From a virus, in IMG/VR virus record IMGVR_UViG_3300007640_000027: a stretch of DNA of 64,000 nt; one strand, written 5' to 3'. Under the pieces are notes generated by a model that was not told the origin of the DNA, did not search any database, and worked only from the letters and a program-made list of their open reading frames with translations. The position numbers and the translations under genes were made by a program. This document shows positions 1 through 12,400 of the stretch, in pieces. The stretch's first letter is position 1. Every line of letters begins with the position of its first letter.

Positions 1-2
1 GT

Positions 3-3000
3 TAAAAATCCAGTTGTTGCATTATATGTTCCACCACTGGTATTATGTCCAATACCTCCACCAATGGTAACTCCCAATGAACAACATTCATTGGTCGGTG
101 ATTGAATGATGTTTCTGTGACCAGATCCAATAAATGAAAATCTTGCGTTTGTTATGTTACAATAACCACCACTAATTGTTGAATAATTACCTGATGCTGT
201 ATTACTAGTACCACCACCAACTGTTGAACTATATCCTGATGCTGTATTACTAAGACCACCACCAACTGTTGAATAATTACCTGATGCTGTATTACTAGTA
301 CCACCACCAACTGTTGAATAATATCCTGATGCTGTATTATTAAGACCACCACCAACAAATGAATAGTAACCTGATGCTGTATTACTATAACCACCACTAA
401 CTGTTGAATTACCACCTGATGCTGTATTACCACCACCACCAGCAACTGTTGAATATATATTTGATGCTGTATTATTTATACCACCACCAACTGTTGAATA
501 ACCACCAGTTGCACAGTTATTACACCCACCCGCAACAGATGAACATGTTCCACTCGCACATGATCCAGAACCCACTTCCAATCTACCTGAAACAACTTCA
601 AGTGTTGTTCCATTCCATGTTAAATTACTTTCTCCATTAAGAACTCCAGCAGTATTACTACCTGTTATTAATCTGTTATCGGCATTATTATTAATGGTCG
701 CAGCACCTGATGTACCAGATGAACCACTTGTACCACTACTACCTGAACTACCACTAGTACCATTTGTTCCACTTGTACCTGAAGACCCTGAACTACCTGA
801 GGTACCAGATGAACCTGAACTTCCGCTAGTTCCTGAAGAACCACTTGATCCTGAATTTCCTGACGTACCAGATGATCCACTTGATCCAGATGTACCTGAA
901 GAACCACTACTACCGCTAGTTCCTGATGAACCACTTGATCCTGAATTTCCTGACGTACCTGACGATCCACTTGATCCGCTAGTTCCTGAACTACCTGAAG
1001 ATCCAGATGTACCGCTAGTTCCTGATGATCCACTTGATCCTGAATTTCCTGACGTACCAGATGACCCTGAACTTCCACTAGTGCCCGATGATCCGCTTGA
1101 TCCTGAGGTTCCTGAACTACCAGATGATCCCGAATTTCCTGAAGTTCCACTACTACCTGAACTACCAGATGAACCCGATGTACCACTAGAACCCGATGAT
1201 CCTGATGTTCCAGACGAACCTGACGTTCCACTTGATCCAGATGTACCTGATGATCCACTACTACCGCTAGTACCTGACGATCCTGAAGAACCACTAGTAC
1301 CCGAACTTCCTGATGATCCAGATGTACCGCTTGATCCTGATGTACCACTACTACCACTTGAACCTGATGTTCCTGAACTACCTGAAGATCCTGAAGTACC
1401 GCTAGTACCTGAAGATCCGCTTGATCCGCTAGTTCCTGATGAACCTGATGATCCACTTGTTCCACTTGAACCAGAACTTCCTGATGTTCCGCTTGTTCCT
1501 GATGACCCAGAAGTACCGCTAGTACCTGAAGTACCACTTGAACCAGAACTTCCGCTAGTCCCTGAACTTCCACTTGATCCAGATGTACCAGACGAACCTG
1601 ATGATCCTGATGTGCCGCTTGTTCCTGATGACCCAGAAGTACCGCTAGTACCTGAAGATCCACTAGAACCTGACGTACCTGAAGAACCACTTGATCCTGA
1701 ATTTCCCGATGTACCCGAAGATCCAGAACTTCCGCTAGTTCCCGAAGTACCAGACGATCCTGAGGAACCACTAGTACCCGAACTTCCGCTAGAACCTGAG
1801 GTTCCACTACTTCCTGATGAACCACTAGATCCTGATGTTCCAGATGAACCTGAACTACCGCTAGTACCATTTGTTCCACTCGTACCTGACGACCCTGAAG
1901 TTCCTGATGTACCTGACGAACCGCTAGTACCTGAAGATCCACTTGAACCTGAAGTACCCGATGATCCTGAACTACCTGAAGTACCACTAGTACCTGATGA
2001 CCCTGATGATCCACTAGTTCCTGAAGAACCGCTTGATCCTGATGTACCTGATGATCCGCTTGAACCCGAACTTCCGCTAGTTCCTGAACTACCAGATGAT
2101 CCACTTGAACCTGAAGTACCAGATGATCCTGAACTACCACTAGAACCTGATGATCCACTCGTTCCCGAACTACCTGAAGATCCACTTGTTCCACTTGTTC
2201 CACTATCACCACTTACTCCACTAGTACCACTTGATCCAGAAGTACCTGATGATCCACTTGTACCTGAAGACCCTGAACTACCTGAAGTTCCAGAAGATCC
2301 TGACGAACCACTAGAACCTGAAGTACCAGATGATCCGCTAGATCCCGAAGAACCTGATGTTCCAGATGAACCTGAACTTCCTGATGTTCCGCTTGTACCT
2401 GACGATCCACTAGTACCGCTAGTTCCACTTGAACCAGAACTTCCGCTAGTCCCTGAAGATCCGCTTGATCCTGAAGTACCGCTAGATCCTGAACTTCCAC
2501 TTGAACCTGATGTTCCGCTACTTCCGCTTGATCCTGATGTGCCTGAAGAACCTGAAGTTCCGCTTGAACCTGAAGAACCACTCGTACCCGAACTTCCTGA
2601 TGATCCACTAGTTCCTGAACTACCACTAGAACCTGATGAACCACTAGTTCCGCTAGATCCTGAACTTCCACTTGAACCAGATGTTCCGCTAGATCCTGAA
2701 CTTCCACTTGAACCAGATGTTCCGCTACTACCGCTTGATCCTGATGTACCATTCGTACCCGAAGATCCACTACTACCGCTTGACCCAGATGTACCTGAAG
2801 ATCCTGATGATCCACTAGTACCCGAACTTCCACTTGATCCTGAAGTCCCTGATGTACCACTCAAAGTTAAATTATCACGAGTAACAACATTACCAGATCC
2901 ATCAACCAATAAAATATCAATTTCAGTTGTTCCCGATGGAACATCACCAATAGCTAACTTACCCGTTATCTCAATATCACCATATAATTGTTTCAGTTTC

Positions 3001-3026
3001 TTGGAACCACCTGTAGTTGCACTCAT
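3..3026 (-). CDS. Gly-Ser/Thr collagen-like fibre protein with YadA/Hep_Hag-like head repeats (3'-partial, runs off window)
   Basis: Absent from the ORF track because it has no stop in the window. Hand translation from ATG 3026 gives MSATTGGSKKLKQLYGDIEITGKLAIGDVPSGTTEIDILLVDGSGNVVTRD, then about 239 G-[S/T]-S triplets, then NNADNRLITG...NGESNLTWNGTTL, then 15-aa GGGxxNTASGxYSTV repeats. A TATTTAT motif lies about 19 nt upstream. Confidence 0.85.
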   Translation of the reverse strand, partial: MSATTGGSKKLKQLYGDIEITGKLAIGDVPSGTTEIDILLVDGSGNVVTRDNLTLSGTSGTSGSSGSSGTSGSSGSSGTSGSSGSSGSSGTNGTSGSSGSSGTSGSSGSSGSSGTSGSSGSSGSSGTSGSSGSSGSSGTSGSSGSSGTSGSSGSSGTSGSSGTSGSSGSSGTSGSSGSSGSSGTSGSSGSSGTSGSSGSSGTSGTSGSSGTSGTSGSSGSSGTSGSSGSSGSSGTSGSSGSSGSSGTSGSSGSSGTSGSSGTSGSSGTSGVSGDSGTSGTSGSSGSSGTSGSSGSSGSSGSSGTSGSSGSSGSSGTSGSSGSSGSSGTSGSSGSSGTSGSSGSSGTSGTSGSSGSSGTSGSSGSSGTSGSSGTSGTSGSSGTSGTNGTSGSSGSSGTSGSSGSSGSSGTSGSSGSSGTSGSSGSSGTSGTSGSSGSSGTSGNSGSSGSSGTSGSSGSSGTSGTSGSSGTSGTSGSSGSSGTSGSSGSSGTSGSSGSSGTSGTSGTSGSSGTSGTSGSSGSSGTSGSSGSSGTSGSSGSSGTSGTSGSSGSSGTSGSSGSSGTSGSSGTSGSSGSSGTSGSSGSSGTSGSSGSSGTSGSSGTSGSSGTSGSSGSSGTSGSSGSSGSSGTSGNSGSSGSSGTSGSSGSSGTSGSSGSSGTSGNSGSSGSSGTSGTSGSSGSSGTSGSSGSSGTSGNSGSSGSSGTSGSSGSSGTSGSSGSSGTSGNSGSSGSSGTSGSSGSSGTSGSSGSSGTSGTNGTSGSSGSSGTSGSSGTSGAATINNNADNRLITGSNTAGVLNGESNLTWNGTTLEVVSGRLEVGSGSCASGTCSSVAGGCNNCATGGYSTVGGGINNTASNIYSTVAGGGGNTASGGNSTVSGGYSNTASGYYSFVGGGLNNTASGYYSTVGGGTSNTASGNYSTVGGGLSNTASGYSSTVGGGTSNTASGNYSTISGGYCNITNARFSFIGSGHRNIIQSPTNECCSLGVTIGGGIGHNTSGGTYNATTGFL
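150..540 (-). repeat. About 45-nt tandem coding repeats (GGGxxNTASGxYSTV), trimeric-autotransporter head (YadA/Hep_Hag)-like
   Basis: Repeated ccaccaccaactgttgaata...cctgatgctgtattac units on the + strand, 15-aa period on the minus strand. Confidence 0.75.
705..2858 (-). repeat. 9-nt-period coding repeat, about 239 Gly-(Ser/Thr)-Ser triplets
   Basis: Gly at every third residue from 2858 to 705, with rare substitutions such as GVSGDS near 2212 and GTN. Confidence 0.95.
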
Positions 3027-3044
3027 GTTTCAAATATTTTTAAT

Positions 3045-3053
3045 TATAAATAT
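3045..3053 (-). promoter_or_regulatory. ATATTTATA upstream motif, putative phage (late) promoter
   Basis: Lies 18 nt upstream of ATG 3026. The same core recurs before many genes in the window. Confidence 0.55.
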
Positions 3054-3062
3054 ATCTTTATT

Positions 3063-4685
3063 TTAATTTCCCCTTAATTTAAACCCAATTTCTTTTCCTT
3101 GTTTCAATTTTTTTGGACGCTTGGTTACCAAATCATTTGTTAAGTTTAATTCAATAGGGTTACCTCTAAAAAAAACTGATGAATTTTTTGTTCCTCTAGC
3201 AAGAAATCTCATTTTAAACTGATTACCTACTGATTCAAAAATATAAGTATTACCAAAACCAGGATGTTTCTCCCAAGTTTCACCATTATTATTACTAACA
3301 AATAAAACACCTTTACCTGTAGGTGTTTCAAAATAATTTGAGGTATCTAAAATCTCAACTTTGGTTATGTTGCTCTGATCTGATAATTGAAAGTCTGTTG
3401 TTGTAAATTCCCATTCTTCTTGTAATACAGGTGGTGTATCATTACTCCAAACTGAAAACGCGTATCCATCATAACCATAACCCGTATTTAACCAAAATTT
3501 AATACCTGAAGGTGAAATTATACTTTTAAAAGTTTGGCCATAAGAAGACGACCATGGATTATTTTGATAAGTTCTAATACCATCATTAGGTACATACGCA
3601 ACCATACCTGTTGTTCTGTCTACAAATCCAGTAGTAACACTACCTCCCCATCCTCTGTCACCGAGTAAATAAACAACATCGTGTTCTTCAACACCACCCA
3701 ATCTAAAATATCCATTACCAATAAAATAAGGATATTCATTACTATGATATTCAGGAGTGTTTATTGGTAAAATTTTAGTAGGTACGTTAGTATAGTTGTT
3801 ATCGTTTGGATTTAAAACACATTTAGTTATATCTATATAACCTATCCTATAATAGGATCCAACAAAAATTCTATTCCTATCTCTAGGATCAATATGTACA
3901 CCTTGAACTCTTACTGCATTACTACCCATTCCTGCACTACTAAGATTAAGTGCTCTCGCTACGGCTTCTGTATCTGATGATGCATTTGTAACTACTATTA
4001 ACCCTGCACCATCGGATCTACATCCCATATATATTCTATCGGTTTGTTCGTCGTATTGAACCCAACCATACCTTAATCCTGTTATATATGAAGAAATTGT
4101 TAGGGTTTCTGATTCTTGGGTGATTACATTCCAACGAAACACACCTGAAGAAGTTCTGTCATCAGGCATAATATATAACCAGTCACCTGCAAATGCCAAA
4201 CCATTCATATATGAATCACCAACCTCATCTGAAGGCAAACCACTTGCTGATTCGGTAATAATAGTTTTTGTTGGTTGATTTGACCAATCACCATCAAAGT
4301 CATACTTTGTTAAATTATCATATACAAAATTTCCAATAATGGCAATTTTTCTTTTTTTGTTTATTGCAAGTGAACTATAATACTCATAATTATTAACAGG
4401 TCTAAATTCACTAAATTCTTCAGAAAGTACACCTTCGTCATTAATTGAGTGTACGGCAAAACCATCACCCCACCCCATGGAAATTATATATTCTTCATCA
4501 ATTTGATAACCATCAGGATATCCAATAACGCTATCACCATTACCCGATCTTCTATGTATATCATTACTCATATGTGATTTTAATTCAGGTACCACATAAA
4601 AAGCACCACCATAAAATGAGACCACACAGTTAGAAATACTTGATATCTGATTTGTATTTGATAATTTAAATGATTCTGTTTTCAT
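3063..4685 (-). CDS. Predicted beta-propeller virion/receptor-binding protein, paralogue A
   Basis: 540 aa, beta-strand and aromatic rich, Asp-box-like FVSNNNGETW. Clearly paralogous to 4687..6309 (ISMGWGDGFAVHSI, LPSDEVG.SY.NGLAFAGDWLYI). Confidence 0.6.
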   Translation of the reverse strand: MKTESFKLSNTNQISSISNCVVSFYGGAFYVVPELKSHMSNDIHRRSGNGDSVIGYPDGYQIDEEYIISMGWGDGFAVHSINDEGVLSEEFSEFRPVNNYEYYSSLAINKKRKIAIIGNFVYDNLTKYDFDGDWSNQPTKTIITESASGLPSDEVGDSYMNGLAFAGDWLYIMPDDRTSSGVFRWNVITQESETLTISSYITGLRYGWVQYDEQTDRIYMGCRSDGAGLIVVTNASSDTEAVARALNLSSAGMGSNAVRVQGVHIDPRDRNRIFVGSYYRIGYIDITKCVLNPNDNNYTNVPTKILPINTPEYHSNEYPYFIGNGYFRLGGVEEHDVVYLLGDRGWGGSVTTGFVDRTTGMVAYVPNDGIRTYQNNPWSSSYGQTFKSIISPSGIKFWLNTGYGYDGYAFSVWSNDTPPVLQEEWEFTTTDFQLSDQSNITKVEILDTSNYFETPTGKGVLFVSNNNGETWEKHPGFGNTYIFESVGNQFKMRFLARGTKNSSVFFRGNPIELNLTNDLVTKRPKKLKQGKEIGFKLRGN

Positions 4686-4686
4686 A

Positions 4687-6309
4687 TTAAAATCTACTAC
4701 TTTTCAGTTTAAAACCTTTTGTCCTATGGATTCTATTTTTTATGGTCTTATTAACTCTATCATTGTTTAAATGAAAAATAAATGATTCACCCACGATAAA
4801 TGGTGATGTATTATTTAAACCACTGGCAACAAACTTGATTTTAACTGAATTACCTTCACTTTCAAATTCGTGAACTTTATCTAAAACATTACCATAAGTT
4901 TCCCACGTTGAACCGTTGTTATTTGTTACATAAAAATTACAACTCGTGTTTGTAGGTATAGTTAAATTCAAAGTATCAGATATAATTATCTGAGTTACAT
5001 TTTCGTTATTATCTAACATATGTATTGAAGTTTCAAACTCCCAACTATTTTGTAAAACAGGTGAAATATTACTTGGCCACACAGTAAAACTATTACCATC
5101 ACCACCCCAACCAGTACCCAACCAATATTTTGTATTATTTGGCGAATAAATTGCCTTCCAAGTATAAGAATATTCAGAACCAACATTATTGTGATCTTGT
5201 TTTGAACTCGGTGAATTTGGAATAAATGCACATTTTCCTGATTCTTGATCAAAAAAACCAGTGGTCACATCTTGACCATATCCTCTGTCTCCTACTAAAT
5301 AAAGCATATCTAATTCTTCTATTCCGTATATACCCCATAAACCAGCACCTATAAACCACGGAGAATTATTATACATATAATCAGGTGTACCAGGAGGAAC
5401 CAACTTAACAGGTATATTTGTATAATTTTGATCAGAAGGATCTAAAATACAGTTAGTTATATCTATTTTACCCATACGGTAACTTGATCCTACCCAAATA
5501 TGATTTCTATTATTTGGATCGTGATAAACACCTGGAACTCTATTTGTTCTTTGTCCTAAAGATGAATGATTAATTGAACGAGCAACTGCTTCCAAATCTG
5601 ATGATGCATCGGTAACAACTAATAAACCCACATTACTACCATAATCACCCATATATATTCTATCTGTTTGCTCATCGTATTGTACCCAACCGTATTGTAG
5701 ACCCGTAGAATATGATGCAACGGTTAATGTTTCAGTCGTTTCAGTTACAACATTCCATCTAAAAACACCTGTTGTTGTTTTATCATCAGGCACAATATAT
5801 AACCAATCGCCAGCAAAAGCCAATCCATTTGCATATGAATAACCAACTTCATCAGATGGTAAATTATTTGAAGATTCAGTCATAACCGTTTTTGTTGGTT
5901 GATTTTCCCAATCTTCACTAAAATCATACTTTGTTAAATTATCATAAACATAATTTCCCACAATTGCAATTTTTCTTGTTTTATTTACCGCAATTGATGT
6001 ATAGTTTTGATAACCATTTGCCGGTCTTAAGTCGTAGTATACTTCTGAAATTGTTCCATTATCCGCAATAGAATGAACAGCAAAACCATCACCCCATCCC
6101 ACTGAAATTATATATTCATTATCAATGTGAAAACCATCAGGATAGGCCATTACATTATCACCATAACCGTTTCTTCTACTGGTGTAGTTACTTAAGTTAG
6201 TTTGTAATTCAGGTAAAGCATAAAAGTTACTACCATAAGTTGAGATAACGCAATTAGTAACATCTGAAATTTGTGAAGTTGTTGTTATTTTAAAACTTTT
6301 AGTCGCCAT
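4687..6309 (-). CDS. Predicted beta-propeller virion/receptor-binding protein, paralogue B
   Basis: 540 aa, colinear with 3063..4685, YVTNNNGSTW motif, basic C-terminus ending GFKL. Confidence 0.6.
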   Translation of the reverse strand: MATKSFKITTTSQISDVTNCVISTYGSNFYALPELQTNLSNYTSRRNGYGDNVMAYPDGFHIDNEYIISVGWGDGFAVHSIADNGTISEVYYDLRPANGYQNYTSIAVNKTRKIAIVGNYVYDNLTKYDFSEDWENQPTKTVMTESSNNLPSDEVGYSYANGLAFAGDWLYIVPDDKTTTGVFRWNVVTETTETLTVASYSTGLQYGWVQYDEQTDRIYMGDYGSNVGLLVVTDASSDLEAVARSINHSSLGQRTNRVPGVYHDPNNRNHIWVGSSYRMGKIDITNCILDPSDQNYTNIPVKLVPPGTPDYMYNNSPWFIGAGLWGIYGIEELDMLYLVGDRGYGQDVTTGFFDQESGKCAFIPNSPSSKQDHNNVGSEYSYTWKAIYSPNNTKYWLGTGWGGDGNSFTVWPSNISPVLQNSWEFETSIHMLDNNENVTQIIISDTLNLTIPTNTSCNFYVTNNNGSTWETYGNVLDKVHEFESEGNSVKIKFVASGLNNTSPFIVGESFIFHLNNDRVNKTIKNRIHRTKGFKLKSSRF

Positions 6310-6475
6310 TATTTTGAATCTCCATTATTATGGTTTCCAAATCGTGCCTTAATCTATTAAGTTCTTCTTCATGAACGTATTTTAACATATTACGATCAGG
6401 ATGATTATTTAACATATCTTCAATCTCTTGAATCATGCTCTCTATATTTTCTTTTCTTTCAAGCAATGAATCCAT
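6299..6475 (-). CDS. Small coiled-coil protein (58 aa)
   Basis: Hand translation MDSLLERKENIESMIQEIEDMLNNHPDRNMLKYVHEEELNRLRHDLETIIMEIQNNGD*. It fills the gap and overlaps the next ATG, and is below the track length cut-off. Confidence 0.65.
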   Translation of the reverse strand: MDSLLERKENIESMIQEIEDMLNNHPDRNMLKYVHEEELNRLRHDLETIIMEIQNNGD

Positions 6476-6499
6476 AATTATTTATACTTTTGTTACTCT

Positions 6500-9400
6500 T
6501 TAAGTTCTTACGTTACTATATATCCAGAATTGATGGTATTTGTCTGCATCTGCTTCAGGAACTAAATAGAAATACGATTCATCTAATCCTGTATAGATTG
6601 TAGTCGCACTACCTTCATTTAATCCTCCAAGAGTTGTTGCCGCGTCTTTTTTAATTGTAATATTTAACAATCTGTTGTCATCTGGAAGATCATAAGTTAT
6701 CCAATAACCTTCAACACTTTGATCTACATTCATATTTGTAACATCAGCAATTGTTCCACTAACAACTACGCTACTTGAAATTGGTGATCCGTAAACACCT
6801 GTCTTGATCGGATAAACTTTATAATATATAGTCGCGTTTTTATTGAATGTATCATCAACAATTGACATTGTTGTTGCGATATCATCACTCTTAACTAAAC
6901 CAACTAAATTCCAATCTGTAGTAGTTCCAACTGAAGACCATACTTCATATCTATCAATATCTGAAGTACCACTTTCATCAAATTGGACTAATACTTCATC
7001 ACCTGTTTGAGTCAATGTTAATGTTGAAGGTGCTGTTGGACCATTTGGTGTTATAAATGGTAATGTTAATACTGTACCATCATAAGTTGCGTTAGATTCA
7101 ACCGTACCACCACTAGTTGCAGCATTATATGTAATAATACCATCATTTGTTGTTCCACTAAGAAGTATTAAACCTGAAGTACCTGATGAACCCGAAGATC
7201 CACTTGTACCTGATGAACCACTACTTCCGCTAGATCCACTCGTTCCCGAACTTCCTGAAGAACCTGATGTTCCTGAAGATCCTGACGAACCACTAGAACC
7301 CGACGTACCTGAACTACCAGACGATCCTGACGTTCCACTACTACCACTTGAACCTGATGTTCCTGAACTTCCTGAAGATCCAGATGTCCCACTAGTTCCT
7401 GAAGATCCTGAAGTACCAGATGATCCGCTAGATCCTGATGAACCCGAAGAACCTGATGTTCCTGAACTACCTGAAGAACCAGATGTTCCGCTAGTACCAC
7501 TTGAACCTGATGTTCCTGAAGTACCTGATGAACCCGAAGAACCTGATGTTCCTGAAGTACCTGATGAACCACTAGATCCTGACGTACCACTACTACCACT
7601 TGATCCTGATGTTCCTGAACTACCTGAAGTACCAGATGAACCACTAGATCCTGATGTACCACTACTACCACTTGAACCTGATGTTCCGCTAGTACCCGAT
7701 GATCCGCTTGTACCTGACGATCCACTAGTTCCTGAACTACCAGAACTTCCCGATGATCCACTAGTACCTGAAGTACCACTTGAACCTGATGATCCTGAAG
7801 TACCGCTCGTTCCTGATGTTCCTGAAGATCCAGATGTTCCGCTAGTTCCTGATGATCCTGAAGTACCGCTGGTTCCCGAAGAACCTGACGACCCTGATGA
7901 ACCTGAAGTTCCGCTAGACCCACTACTACCACTAGTACCTGATGAACCACTAGATCCTGAACTACCACTAGTTCCTGAAGAACCTGATGTACCGCTTGCA
8001 CCGCTTACACCTGAACTACCTGATGATCCTGATGAACCGCTTGTTCCGCTTGACCCTGAACTACCACTAGTACCAGATGAACCTGAACTTCCGCTAGTAC
8101 CTGACGATCCACTTGAACCCGATGTACCTGAAGTTCCGCTAGACCCACTACTTCCCGATGATCCGCTAGTACCTGAACTACCACTACTACCGCTAGTACC
8201 TGACGATCCTGACGACCCACTTGATCCAGATGTACCTGACGAACCTGATGATCCACTAGTTCCTGAAGAACCTGAAGAACCGCTTGTTCCTGATGTTCCA
8301 CTTGTACCCGAAGATCCTGATGTTCCTGACGTACCACTAGAACCAGAACTTCCTGATGATCCTGAACTACCGCTAGTACCTGAAGAACCGCTTGATCCCG
8401 AAGAACCTGATGTTCCACTACTACCGCTTGATCCTGATGTACCACTAGTACCAGAAGAACCTGAAGTACCGCTTGTTCCCGAACTACCACTAGTACCTGA
8501 AGATCCACTACTACCACTAGTACCTGATGACCCACTTGAACCACTACTACCTGAAGTACCAGACGAACCTGAACTACCAGATGATCCACTTGTTCCTGAA
8601 CTACCTGAAGTACCACTACTTCCACTAGAACCAGAGGTTCCACTTGATCCTGAAGATCCACTAGTTCCTGATGTACCACTTGAACCTGAGGTACCGCTCG
8701 TTCCCGACGAACCTGATGAACCACTAGTTCCACTTGAACCTGATGATCCGCTTGTTCCACTACTACCACTTGAACCTGAGGTACCACTAGATCCTGATGA
8801 CCCCGAAGAACCTGAACTTCCTGATGACCCTGATGTTCCGCTTGAACCTGATGTTCCTGAACTACCACTACTACCGCTAGTTCCCGAAGTACCAGATGAA
8901 CCTGAAGTTCCAGAAGTTCCACTGTCACCACTCACACCACTAGTCCCTGAAGATCCACTTGATCCCGAACTACCTGATGACCCTGATGTTCCGCTTGAAC
9001 CTGATGTTCCTGAACTACCACTACTACCGCTAGATCCCGAAGAACCACTACTACCTGAACTACCAGACGTACCTGATGTTCCACTGCTTCCGCTAGTTCC
9101 TGATGAACCACTTGACCCTGAAGATCCTGAAGTACCACTAGAACCAGAACTTCCTGATGTACCACTTGAACCAGAAGAACCTGACGTTCCGCTTGTACCT
9201 GAACTTCCAGATGTACCAGATGTACCAGATGAACCTGAGGTACCGCTCGTTCCTGAACTACCTGATGATCCTGATGTTCCGCTTGAACCACTGCTTCCAC
9301 TGGTACCCGACGAACCAGATGACCCTGAAGAACCGCTAGATCCCGAACTACCCGATGATCCACTCGTTCCTGATGTGCCTGATGAACCAGATGTTCCACT

Positions 9401-12400
9401 AGTACCTGAAGAACCAGAACTTCCTGATGATCCACTAGTTCCTGAACTACCCGAACTACCGCTTGATCCTGAAGTTCCTGATGACCCGCTTGAACCTGAC
9501 GTTCCACTAGTACCTGAAGAACCAGAACTTCCTGATGATCCACTAGTTCCTGAACTACCCGAAGAACCTGAGGTTCCGCTTGTACCAGACGATCCACTAG
9601 TTCCTGAACTACCCGAAGAACCTGAGGTTCCGCTTGTACCAGACGATCCACTAGTACCTGAAGATCCACTTGAACCACTACTTCCACTGGTACCCGACGA
9701 CCCACTTGAACCTGAAGAACCAGAACTTCCTGATGATCCACTAGTTCCTGAACTACCGCTTGAACCACTTGATCCTGATGTACCACTAGTACCAGAAGAA
9801 CCTGAGGTACCGCTAGACCCTGAAGAACCACTGCTTCCACTAGTTCCCGATGAACCTGATGATCCGCTAGTACCTGAACTTCCACTAGAACCTGAAGAAC
9901 CTGAGGTACCGCTTGTACCTGAACTACCTGATGATCCCGAAGAACCACTAGTACCACTTGACCCTGAACTTCCTGATGTCCCTGAAGTACCACTACTACC
10001 GCTAGTACCCGAGGTACCGGCTGAACCTGATGACCCGCTTGAACCCGATGTTCCACTAGATCCACTACTACCGCTAGACCCTGAAGAACCTGACGTTCCA
10101 CTTGTACCAGATGAACCACTAGAACCTGAGGTTCCACTGCTTCCTGACGAACCTGATGTACCACTACTACCGCTAGATCCCGAAGAACCAGAACTTCCGC
10201 TAGTACCTGAAGATCCACTTGTTCCTGAAGTTCCACTTACACCACTAACTCCTGAAGATCCACTACTTCCTGAGGAACCTGATGACCCTGACGAACCTGA
10301 TGTACCTGAACTACCAGACGTTCCTGAAGTTCCACTACTTCCACTAGTACCTGAAGACCCACTTGATCCCGATGTACCAGACGAACCTGATGATCCACTA
10401 GATCCTGAACTACCACTAGTTCCTGAAGAACCTGAAGATCCGCTTGATCCCGAAGAACCTGATGTTCCGCTTGTACCTGACGATCCACTAGTACCAGATG
10501 ATCCTGAACTACCGCTAGTGCCTGAAGACCCTGAAGACCCGCTAGTTCCTGAAGTTCCACTACTACCACTAGTACCTGACGTACCTGCCGAACCAGATGA
10601 ACCTGAGGTACCACTACTTCCGCTTGATCCTGATGTACCTGATGATCCTGAACTACCGCTAGTACCTGAGGTACCGGCTGAACCTGATGACCCACTTGAA
10701 CCCGATGTTCCACTTGATCCACTACTACCTGAAGTACCAGACGAACCTGAACTACCAGATGACCCACTTGAACCCGAAGATCCTGAAGTACCGCTTGTAC
10801 CCGAACTTCCTGATGTACCGCTTGATCCACTCGTTCCTGATGTACCGCTTGATCCCGAAGAACCTGATGTTCCAGATGACCCTGAACTTCCTGATGTACC
10901 AGATGACCCACTACTACCTGAAGTACCCGATGAACCTGAGGTTCCGCTTGTACCAGACGATCCGCTAGTACCTGAAGATCCACTACTTCCTGACGAACCC
11001 GAACTACCGCTTGATCCTGAAGTTCCTGACGTTCCACTTGAACCAGAAGAACCTGAAGTACCCGATGAACCCGAAGATCCTGAACTTCCTGATGTTCCAC
11101 TACTACCACTAGAACCTGAACTACCCGAAGTACCTGACGTACCAGAAGAACCAGATGTTCCGCTTGTACCTGAACTACCACTAGAACCTGAAGTACCGCT
11201 TGTGCCAGATGAACCTGATGTTCCACTACTACCACTAGACCCTGAAGTACCGCTAGATCCTGAAGAACCAGAACTTCCTGAAGTTCCACTACTACCACTA
11301 GACCCTGAAGTACCGCTAGATCCCGAACTTCCACTAGAACCTGAAGAACCTGAGGTACCGCTAGATCCTGATGACCCGCTTGAACCTGACGTTCCACTTG
11401 ACCCTGAAGTACCGCTAGATCCTGAAGAACCAGAACTACCACTACTTCCTGATGTACCTGATGAACCGCTAGAACCTGAAGTACCGCTTGTGCCAGATGA
11501 ACCTGATGTACCGGACGAACCTGAAGATCCGCTTGTTCCTGAAGTACCACTAGATCCTGACGTTCCACTAGAACCTGATGATCCAGAAGTACCTGACGTA
11601 CCACTACTACCGCTAGTACCTGAGGTGCCACTTGATCCACTCGTTCCTGAAGAACCTGATGATCCACTTGAACCAGAACTTCCCGAAGATCCTGAACTAC
11701 CAGATGACCCACTCGTTCCTGACGTACCTGATGAACCACTAGTTCCAGATGATCCTGAACTACCACTGGTTCCCGAACTTCCTGAAGAACCTGATGTTCC
11801 ACTACTACCGCTAGTACCTGAGGTACCGGCTGAACCTGATGATCCAGAAGAACCGCTAGTTCCACTTGAACCCGAACTACCTGATGAACCGCTAGTTCCA
11901 CTAGTACCTGAACTTCCCGAAGAACCTGATGTTCCGCTACTACCACTTGACCCACTTGTTCCTGACGTACCTGATGAACCACTAGTTCCACTACTACCGC
12001 TAGTACCTGAAGTACCGGATGAACCACTTGATCCTGAACTACCAGACGAACCAGATGTACCGCTCGTTCCCGAACTTCCACTAGTACCTGATGATCCAGA
12101 AGAACCGCTAGTTCCACTTGAACCACTACTACCTGAAGATCCTGACGAACCTGATGTACCTGAACTACCAGACGAACCAGATGTACCGCTCGTTCCCGAA
12201 CTTCCACTAGTACCTGATGATCCAGAAGAACCTGATGTACCTGAACTACCAGATGTTCCACTAGTACCTGAAGATCCACTTGAACCCGAACTACCTGATG
12301 AACCACTCGTTCCAGATGATCCTGAACTACCACTGGTTCCCGAACTTCCTGAAGAACCTGATGTTCCACTTGATCCTGAACTACCAGACGAACCAGATGT

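Noticed and set aside
150-540. 45-nt periodic repeats as a possible CRISPR array
   Set aside because: They are in-frame coding repeats with no unique spacers and no cas genes.
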